DNA from: Candidatus Eiseniibacteriota bacterium
Lineage (GTDB): Bacteria > Eisenbacteria > RBG-16-71-46
Assembly (NCBI GenBank): GCA_044222065.1
Contig: JBGAOA010000049.1
Coordinates: 1 to 31,848 of the forward strand
Reading direction: 5' to 3'
DNA length: 31,848 bases
The position numbers were made by a program, and so were the translations under genes. A model generated the notes under the pieces. The model made no database searches, was not told the DNA's origin, and saw only the letters and a list, made by a program, of their open reading frames with translations. Of the stretch, positions 25,268 to 31,848 are shown piece by piece (positions within the stretch are counted from its first letter, which is position 1; each line of letters begins with the position of its first letter).

Positions 25268-27970
25268 ATGGCGAACGATCGCTTCGGCACCCGTACGACG
25301 CTCCAGACTCCCGCCGGCAGCGTCGCGATCCACTCCCTCGAAGCGCTGTCGAAGAAGCTCGGCGCCCCGCTCGAACGCCTGCCGTTCTCGATCAAGGTGC
25401 TGCTCGAAGCCGCGCTGCGCACCTGCGACGGCTACCAGGTCACCGAGGACGACGTGAAGCGCCTCGCCGCCTGGAGCCCGGCCGCGGTCGAACCGGTCGA
25501 GCTGCCGTTCAAGCCGGCGCGCGTGATCCTGCAGGACTTCACGGGCGTTCCGTGCGTCGTGGACCTCGCGGCGATGCGCGACGCGGTGAGCCGGCTCGGC
25601 GCCGATCCGAAGAAGATCAACCCGCTCGTGCCCGTGGACCTCGTCATCGACCACTCGGTGCAGGTCGACCTGTTCGGCTCGTCGTTCGCGCTCGAGAAGA
25701 ACGCCGAGATCGAGTTCGAGCGCAACCGCGAGCGCTACGAGTTCCTGCGCTGGGGGCAGAAGGCGTTCTCGAACTTCCGCGTCGTGCCGCCCGCGACCGG
25801 CATCGTGCACCAGGTGAACCTCGAGTACCTGTCGCGCGGCGTGATGACGGCGCGCGAAGGCGCGAGCGTCGTCGCGTTCCCGGACACGCTCGTCGGCACG
25901 GACTCGCACACGACGATGATCAACGGGCTCGGCGTCGTGGGCTGGGGCGTCGGCGGGATCGAGGCCGAGGCCGTGATGCTCGGCCAGCCGCTCTACCTGC
26001 TCACGCCGCAGGTCGTCGGCTTCAAGCTCACGGGCAAGCTCGCGGACGGCGTGAGCGCCACCGACCTCGTGCTCACGGTGACGCAGATGCTCCGCAAGAA
26101 GGGCGTGGTGGACAAGTTCGTCGAGTTCTTCGGCCCCGGCCTCTCGGCGATGTCGCTGCCGGACCGCGCGACGATCGCGAACATGGCCCCCGAGTACGGC
26201 GCGACGATCGGGTTCTTCCCGGTGGACGCCGAGACGATCCGCTTCCTCGAGCGCACGGGCCGCGCGGACGCGGCGCGCCTCACCGAGGCGTACAGCAAGG
26301 CGCAGGGGCTGTTCCGCACCGATGCGACGCCCGATCCGCTGTTCTCGGACACGCTCGAGCTGAACCTCGCCGACGTCGAGCCGAGCCTCGCCGGGCCGAA
26401 GCGCCCGCAGGACCGCGTCGCGCTCAAGGACGTGAAGGGCGCGTTCCGCAAGGGCCTCACGGCGCCGGTGAAGGAGCGCGGCTACGGTCTCGCCGAGTCG
26501 GACGTCGCGCGCACGGCGGCGTTCGGGACGAATGGCGCGTCGGCCGCGCTCGGCCACGGCGCGGTCGTGATCGCGAGCATCACGTCGTGCACGAACACGT
26601 CGAACCCGTCGGTGATGCTCGGCGCCGGACTGCTCGCGAAGAAGGCGATGGCGAAGGGCCTCCAGTCCAAGCCGTGGGTGAAGACGAGCCTCGCGCCGGG
26701 ATCGAAGGTCGTGACCGAGTACCTGAACGCCTCGGGGACGATGGCGGCCCTCGAGTCGCTCGGCTTCCACGTCGTCGGCTATGGCTGCACGACGTGCATC
26801 GGGAACTCGGGCCCGCTGCCGGAGGCGGTCGCGAAGGCCGTGGACGAGGGCAAGCTCGTCGCCGCCGCGGTGCTGTCGGGCAACCGCAACTTCGAAGGCC
26901 GCGTGAACCCGCTCACGCGCGCGAACTACCTCGCCTCGCCGCCGCTCGTCGTCGCGTACGCGCTCGCGGGCTCGGTGGACTTCGACTTCGAGTCGGAGCC
27001 GCTCGGTGCGGGCTCGGACGGGAAGCCCGTCTTCCTGCGCGACCTGTGGCCGACGCAGGACGAGATCCGCGACGCGATCGCGGCCGCGCTCAAGCCCGAG
27101 ATGTTCTCGAAGAGCTACGGGAACGCGTTCGACGGCAATCCGCGCTGGAACGCGATCCCGGTCGCGGGCGGCGAGCGCTACGCGTGGAGCGACGCGAGCA
27201 CGTACATCCACGAGCCGCCGTTCTTCCAGGGCCTCACGATGGAGCCGAAGCCGCTCGCCGACATCACCGGGGCGCGCTGCCTCGCGATGGTCGGCGACTC
27301 GGTGACGACCGACCACATCTCGCCGGCCGGCGACATCGCAGCCGCGAGCCCGGCGGGCGAGTGGCTCCAGTCGCGCGGCGTCGAGAAGAAGGACTTCAAC
27401 TCGTACGGCTCGCGCCGCGGCAACGACCTCGTGATGGTGCGCGGCACGTTCGCGAACATCCGGCTCAAGAACCTGCTCGTGCCCGGCAGCGAGGGCAACG
27501 TCACCGTGCACTTCCCGACGAACCAGCCGATGCCGATCTTCGATGCGAGCGAGAAGTACCGCGCGGCGGGCACGCCGCTCGTCGTGCTCGCGGGGAAGGA
27601 GTACGGCACGGGCTCGTCGCGCGACTGGGCGGCGAAGGGCACGCTGCTGCTCGGCGTGAAGGCCGTGCTCGCCGAGAGCTTCGAGCGCATCCACCGCTCG
27701 AACCTCGTCGGCATGGGCGTGCTGCCGCTCGTCTACGAGAGCGGCCAGAACGCCGAAAGCCTCGGACTCACCGGGCGCGAGGCGTTCGACGTGCTCGGGC
27801 TCGCGGGCAAGCTCGAGCCGCGGCAGAAGGTGACCGTGCGCGCGAAGCGCGAGGACGGCTCGGTCGTCGAGTTCCGGGCGATCGCGCGGCTCGACACGCC
27901 GGTGGACGTGGACTACTACCGCAACGGCGGCATCCTGCAGACCGTGCTGCGGAACCTCGCGAAGAGCTGA
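25268..27970 (+). CDS. acnA: Aconitate hydratase A (AcnA/IRP1 family)
   Basis: GGAAGGA RBS then ATG 25268. Motifs [47 protein letters not shown] and [13 protein letters not shown]. Confidence 0.97.
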   Translation: MANDRFGTRTTLQTPAGSVAIHSLEALSKKLGAPLERLPFSIKVLLEAALRTCDGYQVTEDDVKRLAAWSPAAVEPVELPFKPARVILQDFTGVPCVVDLAAMRDAVSRLGADPKKINPLVPVDLVIDHSVQVDLFGSSFALEKNAEIEFERNRERYEFLRWGQKAFSNFRVVPPATGIVHQVNLEYLSRGVMTAREGASVVAFPDTLVGTDSHTTMINGLGVVGWGVGGIEAEAVMLGQPLYLLTPQVVGFKLTGKLADGVSATDLVLTVTQMLRKKGVVDKFVEFFGPGLSAMSLPDRATIANMAPEYGATIGFFPVDAETIRFLERTGRADAARLTEAYSKAQGLFRTDATPDPLFSDTLELNLADVEPSLAGPKRPQDRVALKDVKGAFRKGLTAPVKERGYGLAESDVARTAAFGTNGASAALGHGAVVIASITSCTNTSNPSVMLGAGLLAKKAMAKGLQSKPWVKTSLAPGSKVVTEYLNASGTMAALESLGFHVVGYGCTTCIGNSGPLPEAVAKAVDEGKLVAAAVLSGNRNFEGRVNPLTRANYLASPPLVVAYALAGSVDFDFESEPLGAGSDGKPVFLRDLWPTQDEIRDAIAAALKPEMFSKSYGNAFDGNPRWNAIPVAGGERYAWSDASTYIHEPPFFQGLTMEPKPLADITGARCLAMVGDSVTTDHISPAGDIAAASPAGEWLQSRGVEKKDFNSYGSRRGNDLVMVRGTFANIRLKNLLVPGSEGNVTVHFPTNQPMPIFDASEKYRAAGTPLVVLAGKEYGTGSSRDWAAKGTLLLGVKAVLAESFERIHRSNLVGMGVLPLVYESGQNAESLGLTGREAFDVLGLAGKLEPRQKVTVRAKREDGSVVEFRAIARLDTPVDVDYYRNGGILQTVLRNLAKS

Positions 27971-28064
27971 CGGGCGCGGTCGTGCGGTGTTCCATCGCAG
28001 CCCGGCGCGAGCGATCGCGCCGGGCCTCCGCGCGCCTCCGGGCGTTCGCGTGGCGGGCGTGGCG

Positions 28065-28951
28065 GTGAAGGGCCTGCTGCGCTCCGGCTTCTTCTGGGTG
28101 CTCGTCGCCGAAGCGGCCTTCGCCGGGATGCGCATCGCGACGCGTCTCGGCGCGGGCGAACTGCCGTGGGCCGAGATGGGCGCGGCGCGCTTCGCGGGCG
28201 GAGCGCTCGTCGCGGTCGCGCTCGCGCGCGCGCGCGGCGCCTCGCTGCGGGTCACGAACCAGAAGCTCGCGTGGCTGCGCTCGGGCTTCGGCGCGGTGAA
28301 CGGCCTGTGCGTGTTCTACGCGCTCGGCTCGCAGCGCATCGCGGTCGGCGACGTGACGACGCTGTCGGCGACGACGCCGCTGTTCGTCGCGCTGCTGTCG
28401 TGGAGCGCGCTGCGCGAGCGCGTCTCGCCGCTCGTGTGGCTCGGCCTCGTCACGGGCTTCGCCGGGATCGCGGTGCTCGTGCGGCCGGGCTTCGCGCACA
28501 TGGGCGGCCTCGCGGGGCTCGCCGTGCTCGGCGCGTTCTTCTTCGCGATCGCGCTGCTGAGCCTGCGGTCGGCCCGCGCGAGTCGAGCGAGTCCATCGCG
28601 CTGCACGTCTCGTGCGTGTCGGGCGGCACGCTGCTGCTCGCAGCACTCCCGCACCTCACGATGCCGCACCGCGAGGCGTGGCTGCCGGTCGCGCTCGCGG
28701 CGCTGTTCGGCGGACTCGCGCAGGTCGCGATGAGCCGCGCCTACGGGCTCGCGCCCGCGGCGCGGCTGTCGGCGTTCGCGTACGTGGGCGTCGCGATGAC
28801 CTACGCGCTCGAGGCGGTCGTGTTCCGGCGCACGCCGATGCCGCACCAGCTCGCGGGCGCCGCGCTCGTCGTCGCGGCCGGCGTGCTCGTGAGCCTGCGC
28901 GGCGCCCCGAAGGCGCCGCCCGCCGCCGCGCCGCCCGCCGCCGACGGCTGA
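28065..28951 (+). CDS. DMT/EamA family transporter; frameshift at ~28568
   Basis: First EamA half (LRSGFG, TTPLFVALLSWSALRERV, GFAGIAVLVRPG) lies in the 27987 frame. Second half (GGLAQVAMSRAY, LAGAALVVAAG) lies in the 28166 frame. Start is uncertain (27987-28065). Confidence 0.85.
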
Positions 28952-29085
28952 TCGGGACCGAAATCCGCGCGGACGCCCACGGCCGAAGCGCGCCCGCTCC
29001 CGACCCCGGGACGCGCGAGCGCTCCGGGTGTAAGGTGCGCGCGACGCGGTGACTCGCTCCGCCGGCGCCACGGAGGTCGCAGGGC

Positions 29086-29649
29086 GTGAAGCTCGGTCGC
29101 CGGTCATTCCTCGCCTGGCTCGCAGGCGCGACGCTGCTCGGAGCGGTCGCATTCGCCGCGCGCGGTGAGCTGCGCCGCCGGCTCGATCCCGCGTTCCTCG
29201 CCGGCGGACGCACGGGGCGTCTGCGCCCCGCGGTCGAGCGCGTGCTGCGCGCCACCGTGTTCGCGCTGCTCGACGAGTCCGTGGACGCCGGGCACTACCT
29301 CGAGGTGTTCCGCTGGCGCGCCGGGCACGTCCCGGGGGCGCTCGCCCTCTACCGGCGCTTCGCCGCGCGCATGGACCGCGTCGCGCGCGCCGCCGGACAC
29401 CCGTCGTTCGCGGCGGCGCCGCTCGCCGAGCGCGCGCGGTGGCTCGAGCGCTATCGCGGCAGCGGAGGACGCGTGCGGTTGCGCCGCGCGCTGTTCGCGC
29501 GCGACGACGAGCGCTTCGCGCGTCACGTCGTGCGCCCGGTGTTCCGGCGCTTCGCGCGCACCGATGCGTGGCTGCGCGCGGGCTACGACGCGTGGCCCGG
29601 AATGCCGCGCCGGCTCGTGTCCATCGCGCCGCCGGCGGACGCGCCGTGA
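29086..29649 (+). CDS. Tat-signal small subunit of a GMC dehydrogenase (gluconate 2-dehydrogenase subunit 3-like)
   Basis: Twin-arginine motif GRRSFL plus a hydrophobic stretch. FAAAPLAER and C-terminal GYDAWPG. Coupled by a GTGA overlap to the GMC gene. Confidence 0.7.
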   Translation: MKLGRRSFLAWLAGATLLGAVAFAARGELRRRLDPAFLAGGRTGRLRPAVERVLRATVFALLDESVDAGHYLEVFRWRAGHVPGALALYRRFAARMDRVARAAGHPSFAAAPLAERARWLERYRGSGGRVRLRRALFARDDERFARHVVRPVFRRFARTDAWLRAGYDAWPGMPRRLVSIAPPADAP

Positions 29650-31220
29650 GCGCGCCGACGGTCGCGATCGTCGGTTCCGGGACGATCGGATCCACGCTTG
29701 CCTGGTCGCTCGCGCGTTCGGGCTTCGACGTGACCGTGTTCGAGAAGGGCCCCGACTACCCGTATCCGCACCTCGAGCCGTTCCGACAGGCGGTGGACTA
29801 CGACTACGCCGACCCCGCGTACGCGCTGCCGCGCGACCTCCGGCGCGTCACGCAGAGCGGCGACTGCGGGCTCGAGCTCGAACGCGAGTCGGTGATGCGC
29901 GTCGGCGGCAGCGGCACGGCGTGGACCGCGCTCGCGACGCGAATGACCCCGCGCGATTTCCACGTGCGCACGCTGTACGGCTTCGGCGACGACTGGCCGA
30001 TCGGCTACGAAGAACTCGAACCGTGGATGGGCCTCGCCGAAGCGCAGCTCGGCGTCGCGGGCACCGACGAGGACAACCCGTGGGCGCCGCCGCGCTCGTC
30101 GCCGTATCCGCTGCCGCCGTTCGCGCTCACCCCCGACGACGCGTGGTTCGCCGACGCGCTCGCCGCCGACGGCATCCGCGTGCACACGACGCCGCAGGCG
30201 CGGCTCCCGCGCGACTACGAGGGCCGGCGCGCGTGCATGAACTTCGGCGAGTGCCAGGTGTGCCCGATCGGCGCGCGCTACTCGCCGACGCACCACCTGC
30301 GGCTCGCGCTCGCGACGCGGCGCTGCCGGCTCGTCACGCACGCGTCCGTGCGGCGCGTCGTCACCGACGCGTCGGGCCGCGCGCGCGCGCTGCTCGTGCG
30401 CCGCCACGACCAATCGTCCGACCGCGAGCACGCCGCCGACGTCGTGATCGTCGCGTGCGGCGCGTTCGAATCCGCGCGGCTGCTGCTGCTGTCGCGCGAC
30501 GCGCGTCATCCCGACGGGCTCGGCAACCGCAGCGGGCACGTCGGGCGGCACCTCGCGTTCCACCACATCTGGACCGGCCACCTGCACTACCGCCGGACGC
30601 TGCGGCCGGGCACGGTCGGACACTGGACCGGCCAGAGCGACCAGTTCTGCGATCCGCCGGGGCGCGGCCGGCACGGCGGCGTGAAGATCGAGTGCCCGTC
30701 GCGCACGTGGGCGGGGCACCTCAAGGCCGCGGGCGACGCGACGCGGATGGAGCGCGCGCTCGAACACGTGCGGCTCGCGGCGCGCTGCCGCCAGGTCGGG
30801 ATGCACGCCGAGTCGGTGCCGGACGACGGGAAGGCGGTCGTGCTGTCCGCGGAGCGCGATCGCCACGGCGATCCGTTCGCGCACGTCCGCTACGACTCGA
30901 ACGCGTTCGATCGCGAGACCCACGCGTTCGCGCGTGGATTGTTCGAGCGGCTCGCGCGCGCGACGGACGCCGAGTCGTGGGCGTTCCCGCGGGTGAACGA
31001 CTTCGGCGTGTTCGCGCACTACATGGGAACCACGCGCATGAGCCGCGAGCCGGCGGACGGCGTCGTGGACACGTTCGGCGCGGTGCACGACACGCCCGGG
31101 CTCTACACGATCGGGCTCGGCACGTTCGTGGGCTCGGGGGGCGCGGTGAACCCGACGCTCACGGGCGTCGCGCTCGCGCTGCGCTCCGCGGCGCACCTCG
31201 CCGAGGAACATCCCGCGTGA
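29646..31220 (+). CDS. GMC family FAD oxidoreductase (sugar/sugar-acid dehydrogenase large subunit type)
   Basis: Rossmann motif IVGSGTIG, VGGSGTAW, DWPIGYEELEP, Cys cluster CMNFGECQVCPIGA, HYMGTTRM and VNPTLT. Confidence 0.92.
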   Translation: MSAPTVAIVGSGTIGSTLAWSLARSGFDVTVFEKGPDYPYPHLEPFRQAVDYDYADPAYALPRDLRRVTQSGDCGLELERESVMRVGGSGTAWTALATRMTPRDFHVRTLYGFGDDWPIGYEELEPWMGLAEAQLGVAGTDEDNPWAPPRSSPYPLPPFALTPDDAWFADALAADGIRVHTTPQARLPRDYEGRRACMNFGECQVCPIGARYSPTHHLRLALATRRCRLVTHASVRRVVTDASGRARALLVRRHDQSSDREHAADVVIVACGAFESARLLLLSRDARHPDGLGNRSGHVGRHLAFHHIWTGHLHYRRTLRPGTVGHWTGQSDQFCDPPGRGRHGGVKIECPSRTWAGHLKAAGDATRMERALEHVRLAARCRQVGMHAESVPDDGKAVVLSAERDRHGDPFAHVRYDSNAFDRETHAFARGLFERLARATDAESWAFPRVNDFGVFAHYMGTTRMSREPADGVVDTFGAVHDTPGLYTIGLGTFVGSGGAVNPTLTGVALALRSAAHLAEEHPA

Positions 31221-31848
31221 ACGCGCGGCGGTGCATCGCGGCGCTCGCCGCGGCGGCGGCGTTCGCGGCCGCCGTGCCCGCGCGCGCGGACACGCTCGCT
31301 CCGGCGCCGCCCGGGCCGGACGCCACGGCCCCTCGCCTCGTCGCGCCCGAGCCCGGGTTCCGGCCCGCGCCGGATTCGATCCGCTTCGAGGCCGAGGAGA
31401 CGTCGCGCTGCCTCGTCTGCCACGGCCTGCCGGACTTCGTCGTGCGCGCGGACTCGTCCGGCGCGTGGCGCTCGCTGTTCGTGGAGGCCGCGTCCTTCCG
31501 GCGCTCCGCGCACGGGCGGATCGCCTGCACGTCGTGCCACGCCGACGTGCGCGCGTTTCCGCACGACTTCGCCGCGCCGCGGCCGCGCGTCGGCTGCGAC
31601 GCCGACTGTCACGCCCGCGACGCCGCGGGGCGGGCGCTGCGCCACGACGCGGCCGCGCGCGACGCGGCGCTCGGAGCGCACGGCGCGGGGCCGAGCGCCG
31701 CGTGCCCCGACTGTCCCGCGTGCGCCGACTGCCACGACGGCGATCCGCACGCCGTGTCGCGCACGGCGCGCGCGGACGCCGCCGGACCGCACGCGCCGCC
31801 CGACGCCGCGGAAGCGGCGTGCCTCGACTGCCACGAGCGCCTCGATCG
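31217..31848 (+). CDS. Periplasmic multiheme c-type cytochrome, truncated by the window end (absent from the ORF track)
   Basis: Hand translation from GTG 31217 (GTGA overlap) gives signal MNARRCIAALAAAAAFAAAVPARA, then CLVCH, CTSCH, CDADCH, CADCH and CLDCH, with no stop before 31848. Confidence 0.92.
   Translation, partial: MNARRCIAALAAAAAFAAAVPARADTLAPAPPGPDATAPRLVAPEPGFRPAPDSIRFEAEETSRCLVCHGLPDFVVRADSSGAWRSLFVEAASFRRSAHGRIACTSCHADVRAFPHDFAAPRPRVGCDADCHARDAAGRALRHDAAARDAALGAHGAGPSAACPDCPACADCHDGDPHAVSRTARADAAGPHAPPDAAEAACLDCHERLD

Noticed and set aside
24313..28255. 1251-aa (+) and 1094-aa (-) ORFs over acnA
   Set aside because: Off-frame and antisense shadows of a codon-biased GC-rich gene.
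31103..31834. Minus-strand 243-aa and 123-aa ORFs at the window end
   Set aside because: They are shadows of the plus-strand multiheme cytochrome gene, which carries the CXXCH motifs and a signal peptide.

Overview
Very GC-rich bacterial chromosomal window with about 27 real protein-coding genes. No rRNA, tRNA, CRISPR array, transposase or integrase is recognisable. Most long ORFs in the track are GC-rich shadow frames. Gene order: partial membrane protein, outer-membrane beta-barrel, large GH13 glycosidase, PlsC-like acyltransferase, M20 peptidase, signal-peptide TPR-CHAT protease, rhodanese plus MauE/DoxX pair, secreted hypothetical protein, ettA, membrane/TPR protein, T9SS/FlgD-type CTD protein, putative sigma28-driven hypothetical gene, small membrane protein, CDGSH protein, SURF1, a LiaF-like/LytS/LytTR operon, a membrane hypothetical, acnA, an EamA transporter, and a Tat subunit + GMC flavoprotein + multiheme cytochrome c cluster cut by the window end. 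Gene style suggests an FCB-related lineage such as Ca. Eisenbacteria (inference only). The main unexplained signals are: (1) two related ~130-145 bp intergenic elements sharing a core, each closed by its own different long inverted repeat; (2) an exact 71-bp copy of the rhodanese 5' coding sequence that frameshifts the upstream CHAT gene; (3) three LytTR-type direct repeats at exact 21-bp period; (4) paired CUGUG-loop (IRE-like) hairpins before the acnA RBS; (5) a GMC dehydrogenase coupled to a multiheme cytochrome absent from the ORF track. Four further small frameshifts look like assembly errors.
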